Origin: Actinomycetota bacterium | GTDB lineage: Bacteria > Actinomycetota > Thermoleophilia > RBG-16-64-13 | Assembly: GCA_016278725.1 (NCBI GenBank) | Contig: JADQBG010000010.1 | Span: 112,229 to 176,228 of the forward strand | DNA length: 64,000 nt | Direction: 5' to 3' | Shown: in pieces, positions 45,148 to 53,561 of the stretch | Position numbering within the stretch: position 1 is the stretch's first letter | Layout of the letters: each line of letters begins with the position of its first letter | Position numbers and translations under genes: made by a program | The notes under the pieces: generated by a model | Told to the model about the DNA's origin: nothing | Databases searched by the model: none | What the model saw: the letters and a program-made list of their open reading frames with translations, nothing else

Positions 45148-46530
45148 ATGGGCCTCATGGAGCGAATGGGCGAGGCGGGCAACGGCTCCGGTAGCAGCAC
45201 AGGCGCCGAAGAGAGCCGCTCGCAGCGCACCGAGTTGGCGGCCGGCCGGCGCGAAGAACTGATCACCACGGTGCACAGTGCGGTGGTTTCGGACCTGGGT
45301 GCCCGCCTCTACCGCGGGGATCTGCAGGGGCCGGAGCTGCAACGGCGCGTGCGTCAGGCGGTGGAAGAGAAGCTCGCCGCCGAGGGCGTGCCTCTGCCGC
45401 GAAGCGAGCGCGTCGAACTGGTCGACGCCTTGGTGGCCGAGATCATCGGCTACGGGCCCATCGAGGAGTTCCTCAAGGACCCGACCGTGACCGAGGTCAT
45501 GGTCAACACGCACAAGCACGTCTACATCGAGCGCGACGGCAAGATCGTGGAGACGGACAAGCGTTTCCGCGACGACGGCCACCTGCGCCGGATCATCCAG
45601 AAGATCGTGGGCCAGGTGGGACGCCGGGTGGACGAGTCCTCCCCCTACGTCGACGCCCGCCTGCCCGACGGTTCCCGGGTGAACGTGGTGCTGCCGCCGC
45701 TTTCCGTGCGGGGGCCTGCGCTCACCATCCGTAAGTTTTCGGCCGAGCCCTTCCGCGCCGATGACCTGGTCGAGCTCGACACGATGACCGAGCAGGCGGC
45801 CAAGTTCCTCTCCGCCTGTGTGAAGGGGCGACTCAACATCCTGGTCAGCGGGGGAACCGGCGCAGGCAAGACGACCACGCTGAACGTGCTTTCCAGCTTC
45901 ATCCCACTCGCGGAGCGCATCATCACCATCGAAGACGCGGCCGAACTCAAGCTGGATCACGAGCACATCGTCAGCCTGGAATACCGCCCGCCCAACATCG
46001 AGGGGCGGGGCGAGGTCACGATCCGCGACCTGGTGCGCAACGCCCTGCGCATGCGTCCCGACCGCATCATCGTGGGCGAGATCCGCGGCGGCGAGGCCCT
46101 CGACATGCTCCAGGCCATGAACACCGGGCACGACGGCTCGCTCTCCACGGTTCACTCCAACTCTCCGCGGGACGCGCTTTCCCGGGTCGAGACCATGGTG
46201 CTCATGGCCGGGGTCGATCTGCCGGTGCGGGCCATTCGGGAACAGGCCTCGAGGGCCATCGACCTGGTGGTTCACCAGAGCCGACTCAACGACGGCAGCC
46301 GGCGGCTCACCCACATCACCGAAGTACAGTCCATGGAGGGCGACGTGGTCACCATGCAGAACCTCTTCGTCTTCGACTACGAAGCGGGACTCGATGAGAA
46401 CGGCAAGCACCAGGGTCGCCTGAAAAGCACCGGTATCCGGCCCAGCTTCCTTCCGCGGCTCAAGGAGCGGGGCGTGGTGGTGAGCGAGGACGTCTTCGCC
46501 TTCGAGACCTTCGACTCGTCCTTCGTGTAG
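45148..46530 (+). CDS. cpaF: CpaF/TadA pilus assembly ATPase
   Basis: [38 protein letters not shown] and MNTGHDG motifs. Confidence 0.96.
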   Translation: MGLMERMGEAGNGSGSSTGAEESRSQRTELAAGRREELITTVHSAVVSDLGARLYRGDLQGPELQRRVRQAVEEKLAAEGVPLPRSERVELVDALVAEIIGYGPIEEFLKDPTVTEVMVNTHKHVYIERDGKIVETDKRFRDDGHLRRIIQKIVGQVGRRVDESSPYVDARLPDGSRVNVVLPPLSVRGPALTIRKFSAEPFRADDLVELDTMTEQAAKFLSACVKGRLNILVSGGTGAGKTTTLNVLSSFIPLAERIITIEDAAELKLDHEHIVSLEYRPPNIEGRGEVTIRDLVRNALRMRPDRIIVGEIRGGEALDMLQAMNTGHDGSLSTVHSNSPRDALSRVETMVLMAGVDLPVRAIREQASRAIDLVVHQSRLNDGSRRLTHITEVQSMEGDVVTMQNLFVFDYEAGLDENGKHQGRLKSTGIRPSFLPRLKERGVVVSEDVFAFETFDSSFV

Positions 46531-46538
46531 GAGGCCAG

Positions 46539-48533
46539 ATGGATCAGCCTATACAGAATGTTGGAATACGTAAGGCACTGGGGCTGCTCTTCGGGGTCCT
46601 GCTACTCGCTCTGCTAATGCCGGCAGTGTCGCACGCGGCAGAGATCAACCTGGCCATCACCGAGTTCGACATCGAGCAGTTTCCCGAAGCCTCGGCCGTA
46701 GTCCAGGTCGGTGGGGAAGCCGCCCTGAAGGGTGACTTCGATCCCGCCGCGCTCGAGATCCTGGTGGACGGAAAACCGATCGCCAACGCCAAGGCGGAGG
46801 CGACCCGGACCGAACCCATCCCCAGCACAACCGTGCTGCTCCTGGACGAGTCGGGCAGCATGAAGGGCGCGGCTATCGCGGCGACGGCGGATGCAGCCCG
46901 ACGCTTCGTCCAGTCGATGCGACCGGCGGACAGGGTGGGGCTCTACACCTTCGACGAAGAATTTCGGGTGCTCGCGGAGCCCACCAGCGATCCGCAGGCG
47001 CTGCTCGCAGCGATCGACACCCTGAAGGCCCGCAAGGAAACCGCCCTCTACGACGCGGTGAACAAGAGTCTCTCCGCCCTGGCGGGCAGCTCTGGCGGCG
47101 GCTCCCGCTATCTGGTGGTCCTCTCCGACGGGGGAGATACCGCCAGCAAGGGAACCCTCGAGGAGACCCTCGCTCAAGCCCGGGCCGGCAACGTGCAGAT
47201 CTACACGGTGGGCCTGATGGGCACCGAATTCGACGCCCGCCCGCTGCAGCAGCTCGCCGAGGCCACGGGGGGACGCTATCTGGAGGCACCGAACCCAGAG
47301 GCGCTGGGCAATCTGTATTCGAGCCTCGCCCGGGAGATTCAGAATCAATTCCGACTGACGTTCAAGCTCGACCCGGCGGCCTCGGGCAGCGGTAACCTGG
47401 TCGTGCAGGCGAGCAGCGGCGGCGCCACAGTCGAGGCCGCGCGCGGATTCTTCTACCCCACGCCACCGCCCACCGCCGCCCCGGTCGCCCCGCCCGTCGA
47501 GGAAGTTGCGGCCACACCGGTCAGCGTCCCGCCCCTGGAGCAGGATGGTTGGGTCGCGGCGTTCATCGGCTGGGGCGGCAGCGACTACACGGTGGCGATA
47601 CTCCTCTTCGTGCTCCTCCTGCTGGTTGGCTACCTGGTCCTAGGGGCGTTGATGCCCAAGCGCGACGTCCTGGCCGAGTACTCGGACGTGCTGGAGAACC
47701 GCCGACGGCTGGGGCCCCGAGCCGCGGGCGAAGATCTCAGCCGCAGACCCGGCGAAGCCTTCACCCAGAAACTCCTGGACCTGCGCGGCTACAACGACCC
47801 CCTGCAGCAGCGAATCGAGGCCGCTGGTTGGCAGGTGCGCACCTCTGAGTTCGTGCTCTTTCACATCGCCGCGCTGGTCATCATGATCGCCTTGGTACTG
47901 TCGCTCGGCCTGCCGGGCCTCATCGCGGTCATGCTTTCGGTGATCGTCGGATTCGCGCCTCTGCTGTTCCTCGACTACAAAGCCCGCAAGCGTCGAGACG
48001 CCTTCGAAGGTCAAGTGCCCGACACCCTGCTGATGATGGCCGGTTCGTTCCGCGCCGGACAGAGCTTCGAGCAGGCCATGCAGGTGGTCGCGAGCGAAGG
48101 GCCCGAGCCCACCGCCACCGAGTTCAGCCGGGTGCTGGCCCAGCAGCGGCTGGGCGTAACCCCCGAGGTAGCCCTGCGCACGCTCGCGGACCGGATGCAC
48201 TCCGAGGCCTTCGACTGGGTGGTGATGGCCACCATCATCCAGCGGCAGGTCGGCGGCAACCTGGCCGAGGTCTACGAAAAGATCGCCCATACCCTGCGCG
48301 AACGGGTCAAACTGGGGCGCTTGGTGAAGACGCTGACCGCCGAAGGCCGCCTGAGCGCCATCATCCTCATCGCCCTGCCTTTCGCGGTGGGCGCGCTCAT
48401 CTTGATCATGAACGGTGAGTACCTGGAACCGTTGTGGACCACCTTGGCGGGCTACGTGATGGTGGGAGTCGCGGCCGCGGGCATGCTGGTGGGCGTCGTC
48501 TGGATGCGACGGATCATCCGTCTCGGAGTCTAG
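46539..48533 (+). CDS. tadB: VWA domain-TadB fusion protein
   Basis: Signal peptide, VWA with MIDAS DESGS..T..D, Pro-rich linker, then a T2SSF/TadB domain (GGNLAEV, TAEGRLSA). Confidence 0.9.
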   Translation: MDQPIQNVGIRKALGLLFGVLLLALLMPAVSHAAEINLAITEFDIEQFPEASAVVQVGGEAALKGDFDPAALEILVDGKPIANAKAEATRTEPIPSTTVLLLDESGSMKGAAIAATADAARRFVQSMRPADRVGLYTFDEEFRVLAEPTSDPQALLAAIDTLKARKETALYDAVNKSLSALAGSSGGGSRYLVVLSDGGDTASKGTLEETLAQARAGNVQIYTVGLMGTEFDARPLQQLAEATGGRYLEAPNPEALGNLYSSLAREIQNQFRLTFKLDPAASGSGNLVVQASSGGATVEAARGFFYPTPPPTAAPVAPPVEEVAATPVSVPPLEQDGWVAAFIGWGGSDYTVAILLFVLLLLVGYLVLGALMPKRDVLAEYSDVLENRRRLGPRAAGEDLSRRPGEAFTQKLLDLRGYNDPLQQRIEAAGWQVRTSEFVLFHIAALVIMIALVLSLGLPGLIAVMLSVIVGFAPLLFLDYKARKRRDAFEGQVPDTLLMMAGSFRAGQSFEQAMQVVASEGPEPTATEFSRVLAQQRLGVTPEVALRTLADRMHSEAFDWVVMATIIQRQVGGNLAEVYEKIAHTLRERVKLGRLVKTLTAEGRLSAIILIALPFAVGALILIMNGEYLEPLWTTLAGYVMVGVAAAGMLVGVVWMRRIIRLGV

Positions 48534-48547
48534 GGAGGGATGTAAGA

Positions 48548-49483
48548 ATGATCGTATACGCTCTGATTTTCGTGTTGGCGCTCGGATCGGTCCTGCTCTT
48601 CGTGAGGGCGCTTGCCGGGGGTGGCCAGGCGGAGAAGGTATCCGCCTCGCTCGGCCGGCTCGAGGCCTACGACCTCAAGTCCTATCGCCAGGCGGAACTC
48701 GCCCAACCAGCTTCCACCCGGATCATGCAGCCGATCAACGCCCGGTTGGCCCGCTTGGCCCGCATGATGACTCCGCAGGGCCGGTTGAGCCGCCTGGAGG
48801 CACGGATCGAGCAGGCCGGCCGGCCCTGGGGCTTGGACCTGAACGCTCTACTCGCCCTCAAGTTCGTGGGATTGGCGGGCGGCGCCGTCGCCGCCATCGT
48901 GCTCGCGGGGACCGGGTGGGTATCGACTCCCGTCTTCATGCTGATCTCGGCCGCCATCGTCGGCCTCAGCTACTACCTTCCCGATCTGTTGGTGCGGTCC
49001 TGGGGCAAGGAACGCCGCGCCCGCCTGTCCCGCTCGTTGCCCGACTTCATCGACCTGCTCACCGTCTCGGTCGAGGCGGGACTGGGACTCGACGCAGCGA
49101 TGGCGCGAATCGCCGACAAGGTGCGCGACCCTTTGCGCGAGGAGATCCTCATCACCCTCCACCACATGCGGGTGGGCCAGAGTCGCGAGGCGGCGCTGCA
49201 GGAGATGGCCCGCCGCTGTAACATCAAGGATCTCGACTCTTTCGTGATGGCCTTGATCCAGTCACAACGCCTTGGGGTCAGCCTGGGTCACGTACTGCGC
49301 ATCCAGTCAGAGTCCATCCGCGACGCGCAAAAGGCCCGCTACGAAGAGCAGGCGCAGAAGATGGGCATCAAGCTGCTGTTCCCCCTGATCTTCTGCATCT
49401 TCCCTTCGCTGTTCGTGGTGATCCTGGGTCCGGCAGCCATCCGGATCTACACCGTTCTGCTCGGCACCCTGGCGGGAGAGTAG
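48548..49483 (+). CDS. tadC: TadC pilus assembly membrane protein
   Basis: LPDFIDLL.VSVEAGLGLD.A and K.LFPLIFCIFP motifs; RBS before ATG 48548. Confidence 0.92.
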   Translation: MIVYALIFVLALGSVLLFVRALAGGGQAEKVSASLGRLEAYDLKSYRQAELAQPASTRIMQPINARLARLARMMTPQGRLSRLEARIEQAGRPWGLDLNALLALKFVGLAGGAVAAIVLAGTGWVSTPVFMLISAAIVGLSYYLPDLLVRSWGKERRARLSRSLPDFIDLLTVSVEAGLGLDAAMARIADKVRDPLREEILITLHHMRVGQSREAALQEMARRCNIKDLDSFVMALIQSQRLGVSLGHVLRIQSESIRDAQKARYEEQAQKMGIKLLFPLIFCIFPSLFVVILGPAAIRIYTVLLGTLAGE

Positions 49484-49488
49484 TCTCC

Positions 49489-49959
49489 GTGACGGCAGCT
49501 CTCAACCTCTTGTTTCCCGCGGCCGCCCTCGCGGTCCTGGCCTCGGTGACGATCACCGATATTCGCCGCATGGTCATTCCCAACCGGATCGTGCTTCCGG
49601 CCGCGGTAGCCGCGCTCGCCTTCAACCTGGCGTGGGGGCCGGGGCCCCGGTGGGAGTACCCGCTCGCCGGACTCGCCGCCTTTGCCTTCCTGCTGGTCCC
49701 GGCCGTCATCCGGCCCGGGGCCATGGGAATGGGTGACGTGAAACTCGCACTCTTCATGGGCTTTCTGCTTGGCCGGTATGTGGCGGTGGCGCTGTTCCTG
49801 GCGCTCATCGCGAGCGCACTGATCGGGCTCGGCCTGATCGCGACAAAGGTACGGGGGAGGAAGGACCGAATCCCCTTTGGCCCCTTCCTCGCCGGGGGAA
49901 GCGCCGTCGCACTGATGGCGGGAGAACAGATACTCTCGGCTTATCTCGGCACGCTCTAG
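49489..49959 (+). CDS. Prepilin peptidase (A24, TadV/CpaA-like)
   Basis: Both catalytic aspartates present (TDIRR.IPN and GMGDVKL); IPFGPFL motif. Confidence 0.88.
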   Translation: MTAALNLLFPAAALAVLASVTITDIRRMVIPNRIVLPAAVAALAFNLAWGPGPRWEYPLAGLAAFAFLLVPAVIRPGAMGMGDVKLALFMGFLLGRYVAVALFLALIASALIGLGLIATKVRGRKDRIPFGPFLAGGSAVALMAGEQILSAYLGTL

Positions 49960-50043
49960 TTCGCGCGCGAGCATGACTCGCCCCCCGCCCGTGAGCCTGC
50001 CCTTCACGCAGAGCAGGCCGGGCGAGTTTGGGAGGAGAATCTT

Positions 50044-50217
50044 CTAGAACATTCGCACCAGGCTGCGGATGGAGCCCACCAGCAAGGCGAACCCGGCAAG
50101 TATGTAGCCCAGCGCGAAGAAGGGCTGATCGAACTCCATGGCTACGTTCGAGGCGCCGAACGCCCCCCAGGCCAGAAAGACCAGCCCCATCGCCTGAATG
50201 ACACCGTTGGGAATCAT
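50044..50217 (-). CDS. Small two-TM membrane protein (57 aa)
   Basis: Manual translation MIPNGVIQAMGLVFLAWGAFGASNVAMEFDQPFFALGYILAGFALLVGSIRSLVRMF; preceded by a sigma-28-like promoter. Confidence 0.6.
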   Translation of the reverse strand: MIPNGVIQAMGLVFLAWGAFGASNVAMEFDQPFFALGYILAGFALLVGSIRSLVRMF

Positions 50218-50224
50218 GACCCTC

Positions 50225-50252
50225 TCATCGGCCTTTCCCTTGAGCTCCTTGA
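50225..50252 (-). promoter_or_regulatory. Sigma-28/WhiG-type promoter, probably giving a leaderless mRNA
   Basis: TCAA-16 nt-GCCGATGA, then 7 nt to the ATG at 50217. Confidence 0.55.
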
Positions 50253-50372
50253 CTATCGCCTTCTACCCAGATCGGCCGCTTTACTTTCCTAGGGGAAGGA
50301 ATTCGCGGCACTTTGCGCCACAGCCTTACCGCATTGCGGCTTAACAACGAGCCCCAAGCGTCATAGAATGAA

Positions 50373-51023
50373 GTGACTACTCCCCAGCCCCAGGCTCTAG
50401 TCGGGGTGGTCATGGTTTCCTGGATCGCAGCGTCAGCCGCAGTCCTCGTCGGATTCGTCTCCGGCACCGCCGTATGCCATATGGCGGATCCCGTCCCTGC
50501 CGACCGCCTTCCCCGCTGGATGTGGCTTTTCCACTTGGGACTCGCGTCGGCCTCCTCGGTCTTTTTCCTCGCTGCCTTCATCAGTCACGGGTTCACCGTC
50601 CGGCTGCTGGCGAGCTGGGTGCTGCTGGTCACCCTGGTGGGGGTCGCGGTGCTGGATGTCGAACGGTTTCAGGTCCCCAACAAGATCGTGGTTCCGGGAG
50701 CCCTTCTCGCGCTGCTTTTGGCCCCCAGCCTGACCGGCTCGTCCTGGTGGATGCACCCGGCCATGGGATTGCTGGGAGGCGGAGTTCTGCTGGCGCTCTC
50801 TGTCGGGCCGGGGAACTCGGTGGGCCGGCCGGAGGTGAAGCTGGGGATCTTCTTCGGACTGGTCCTCGGGGAGCTCATTGCTCTCACCTTGGCGCTCGCG
50901 CTGGTGGCACGGCTGGTGGTGCAGCTCGTGCTGATGACGGCGGACCGCTGCGAACTGGGGCTGAAGGTCCCGCTGGCCCCCTATTTGACCGCGGGTGCGG
51001 CTATCGCCGTGCTGGTGCTCTAG
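50373..51023 (+). CDS. A24 prepilin-peptidase paralogue with altered active site
   Basis: LDVE..VPN retains the first Asp; VGRPEVKL replaces MGxGDxKL; VPLAPYL motif. Confidence 0.75.
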   Translation: MTTPQPQALVGVVMVSWIAASAAVLVGFVSGTAVCHMADPVPADRLPRWMWLFHLGLASASSVFFLAAFISHGFTVRLLASWVLLVTLVGVAVLDVERFQVPNKIVVPGALLALLLAPSLTGSSWWMHPAMGLLGGGVLLALSVGPGNSVGRPEVKLGIFFGLVLGELIALTLALALVARLVVQLVLMTADRCELGLKVPLAPYLTAGAAIAVLVL

Positions 51024-51194
51024 GATCCGAGCGCGTGGCCGCGACAGACCAACGATGCCGAATGGAGGAGGATCTTCCGGCTCACACCCCCGAGACTGCG
51101 CTGCGCCTTCGAGGTTCGGGGTCCACAACGTCAAGGCTCCCTCCTATAATAAATGTAGCGATGCGAAGCGCGAACCCGACAGGGGGTAACAGCC

Positions 51195-51437
51195 ATGGAA
51201 GCGCGGCTGCACGGGATCCAGGAAGAAATCAAAGTTGGCGACACGGTCGAGACCAGCATGGGCGTGGGCGAGGTGGTGCGGATCGTCGACCCGGTGCGCG
51301 AGGTCGACCAAGCCATGCTCGAGGTCGACCTGGGCAACAAGTGGATGAACGTGGACAAGGTGCGCTCGATCGTGCGCAGGGCGGAGACGTACCCCAAGCT
51401 CGAGGAGCCGGCGCCGGGCTGGGACGAGCACGAGTAG
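51195..51437 (+). CDS. Hypothetical 80-aa protein (possible SH3/KOW-like barrel)
   Basis: TATAAT box and AGGGGG RBS upstream; IKVGDTVET..G.GEVVRI pattern. Confidence 0.65.
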   Translation: MEARLHGIQEEIKVGDTVETSMGVGEVVRIVDPVREVDQAMLEVDLGNKWMNVDKVRSIVRRAETYPKLEEPAPGWDEHE

Positions 51438-51447
51438 CGGCTCCGCC

Positions 51448-51469
51448 AAAAACCCCGCCTGGGGCGGGG
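51448..51469 (-). terminator. Intrinsic terminator after tRNA-Ala
   Basis: CCCCGCC-CCA-GGCGGGG followed by TTTTT on the minus strand. Confidence 0.8.
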
Positions 51470-51493
51470 CCTTCGGTGCAAACTTCAATACTA

Positions 51494-51569
51494 TGGTGGA
51501 GGATACCGGATTCGAACCGGCGACCTCCGCCGTGCAAAGGCGGCGCTCTCCCAACTGAGCTAATCCCCC
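51494..51569 (-). tRNA. tRNA-Ala(TGC)
   Basis: 76 nt; G3:U70 acceptor pair, TGC anticodon, GTTCGAAT T-loop, encoded CCA. Confidence 0.97.
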
Positions 51570-51583
51570 AGGTAATGCTTGGT

Positions 51584-51612
51584 AACTTAGCCCACCGGCC
51601 GACGCCCTGCAA
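51584..51612 (-). promoter_or_regulatory. Promoter for tRNA-Ala
   Basis: TTGCAG-17 nt-TAAGTT. Confidence 0.5.
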
Positions 51613-51619
51613 GCTTCCG

Positions 51620-51658
51620 AAAAAGCAAAAACCCCGGGACCGCTATCGGCTGCCGGGG
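51620..51658 (-). terminator. Intrinsic terminator after tRNA-Ile
   Basis: CCCCGG...CCGGGG stem followed by TTTTTGCTTTT on the minus strand. Confidence 0.75.
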
Positions 51659-51665
51659 CTCCCAG

Positions 51666-51739
51666 TGGGCCTACGTGGATTCGAACCACGGACCTCACCC
51701 TTATCAGGGGTGCGCTCTGACCAACTGAGCTATAGGCCC
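51666..51739 (-). tRNA. tRNA-Ile(GAT)
   Basis: GGGCCTA acceptor stem, CTGATAA anticodon loop, GTTCGAAT T-loop; CCA not encoded. Confidence 0.97.
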
Positions 51740-51756
51740 TCAAAGACGGGATGAGT

Positions 51757-51784
51757 AGTTTACCGGCCGCTCCGGCGTTGTCAA
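51757..51784 (-). promoter_or_regulatory. Promoter for tRNA-Ile
   Basis: TTGACA-16 nt-TAAACT. Confidence 0.7.
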
Positions 51785-51871
51785 GCAGCACACCCGGCCC
51801 GAGCACTGCACCGCCGGCCCGCACTCCCCCGTGTGATTCGGCCTGACATATGGGGTAGTCTTTCCCTACCC

Positions 51872-52363
51872 ATGGAAGGCTTCGAGAAAATGGTCGTCTA
51901 CGGCGTCAGTTTCGACGTCGTCAACAAGCAGCCGATCGTGCTGCTCAAGGTGGAAAACGGCAACCGCTATCTGCCCATCTGGATCGGGCATCCCGAGGCC
52001 GCCGCCATCCTGATGAAGCTCCAGGACAACGAGATGCCCCGGCCAATGACCCACGACCTGCTCACCAATGTCATCGACGGCCTGGCCGGCCGCGTCGAAC
52101 GGGTGCTGGTCACCGAGTTACGGGAGAACACCTTCTACGCCCAGCTCCATCTGGTGCAGAACGAGCAGGAACTCGAGATCGACTCGCGCCCCTCGGATGC
52201 CATAGCCCTGGCGGTGAGAACCGACGCCCCCATCTACGCTTCGGACAATCTCATCGAGCAGAATGGGATCGAGTTCGACCCGGAAGAGGACGACGTGGAG
52301 AGCGTGGTCGAGGAATTCCGCGATTTTCTCGAGGACATTTCCCCGGAGGATTTCTCGAGCTAG
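51872..52363 (+). CDS. Bifunctional nuclease family protein (DUF151)
   Basis: PIVLL, LPIWIG.PEA.AI, RPMTHDL, FYA and DSRPSDAIALA motifs. Confidence 0.93.
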   Translation: MEGFEKMVVYGVSFDVVNKQPIVLLKVENGNRYLPIWIGHPEAAAILMKLQDNEMPRPMTHDLLTNVIDGLAGRVERVLVTELRENTFYAQLHLVQNEQELEIDSRPSDAIALAVRTDAPIYASDNLIEQNGIEFDPEEDDVESVVEEFRDFLEDISPEDFSS

Positions 52364-52680
52364 GCCTCGTCTTCCCCTTCGATCCGCGCAACCTCCCGCT
52401 TGACCACTTCCAAGATGGAGCCGTAGATCTCCCGCAGCGCCTCTTGGGAGAGCGGTCCCTGATTGGAGCGCGACAGGTAGGTGAGCACCCAGTCTTCCTG
52501 GCGGGGGTCGACGAAACCGAGACCCTGGCTCTCCTTGTACTGCTTCAGCTTCTGAACCAGCTTAATCCGCTTGTTGAGAGCTTCGAGGATCTTGACGTCG
52601 TTGTCGGAGATCTGTTCCCGATACTGCTTGATCACGGGATCCGCGACGGGACGGTTGGTCTGCTGCTCCTCGGTGCCCAC
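52360..52680 (-). CDS. Chorismate mutase type II (AroQ)-like protein
   Basis: R..I...D..IL..LN.R..L.....K...G..F.DP.QE pattern; GAGGAGG RBS before GTG 52680. Confidence 0.75.
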   Translation of the reverse strand: MGTEEQQTNRPVADPVIKQYREQISDNDVKILEALNKRIKLVQKLKQYKESQGLGFVDPRQEDWVLTYLSRSNQGPLSQEALREIYGSILEVVKREVARIEGEDEA

Positions 52681-52828
52681 GGTGCCTCCTCGGCCCAGTT
52701 TCTTGGAAAAGGGAAGCAGTAGCCTACAGGACGCGGAGTACCTGGCCAAGAGCACCAAGAGTGGGAGGCCGCTGCCGATGGTATAGTGACAGCGGAAACC
52801 GACCTGGAGGCCTCGAAAGGTTCCTGGA

Positions 52829-53158
52829 ATGAAGCCAGACGTCATCGAGCTTCGCGAAGACGACTTCGAGCGCGAGGTCCTGGGTGCCCAGGAGCCTGTG
52901 CTGGTGGACTTTCACGCCGAGTGGTGCGGCCCCTGCCGAACTCTGTCTCCGATTCTCTTGGAACTCGCGGCGGAAATGCGCGGCTCCATGCGCGTGGCCC
53001 GCGTCAACGTGGACGAGGAGCCCGGACTGGCCGCCCGCTACGACGTCTTTTCCATTCCCACCATGATCCTTTTCCAGGGGGGCTCGGTCCGCAAGCGGCT
53101 GATCGGCGCGATGCCCAAGCGGCGCCTCCAGGATGAGCTCCGCGAATTCGTTCGCTGA
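52829..53158 (+). CDS. trxA: Thioredoxin
   Basis: VDFHAEWCGPC and SIPT motifs. Confidence 0.95.
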   Translation: MKPDVIELREDDFEREVLGAQEPVLVDFHAEWCGPCRTLSPILLELAAEMRGSMRVARVNVDEEPGLAARYDVFSIPTMILFQGGSVRKRLIGAMPKRRLQDELREFVR

Positions 53159-53244
53159 GAAAGAGGCCGATCGGCCGCCGTGCCCCTACGCCTGGGGCGG
53201 CCGCAAGACTACTGGTCAGAATTCACAACCATCGGAGGACAACG

Positions 53245-53454
53245 ATGTGTGAGGCGCACGCCTATTTGATGAAGGACGGGGACTCCGAGCGGGTGATGGA
53301 GAACGTGATCAGCATCGGCTACGACGGTCCCGATATCGTTCTGCGCGACCTTTTCGGCGACCAAATGCGGCTGCGCGCCCGCATCCGCGAGGTTGCCCTG
53401 ATCGAGCACAAGATCTTCCTGGAGCCGGTCGAGGAAGACGCCGCCTCCGCCTAG
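53245..53454 (+). CDS. cooT: CooT family nickel-binding protein
   Basis: MCE start (Cys2), VMENV, DLFG and H.I.L motifs; 69 aa. Confidence 0.85.
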   Translation: MCEAHAYLMKDGDSERVMENVISIGYDGPDIVLRDLFGDQMRLRARIREVALIEHKIFLEPVEEDAASA

Positions 53455-53561
53455 CCTCAAGCGCCCCCGCCTACCCACGGCCTAGCCCCGGCCGCGGGAG
53501 ATGCCGCGGCCGCCCGGGCTGCAGCGGCGGGCCGTGGTGGTGCCTGGGGTCGACGGCGCGG

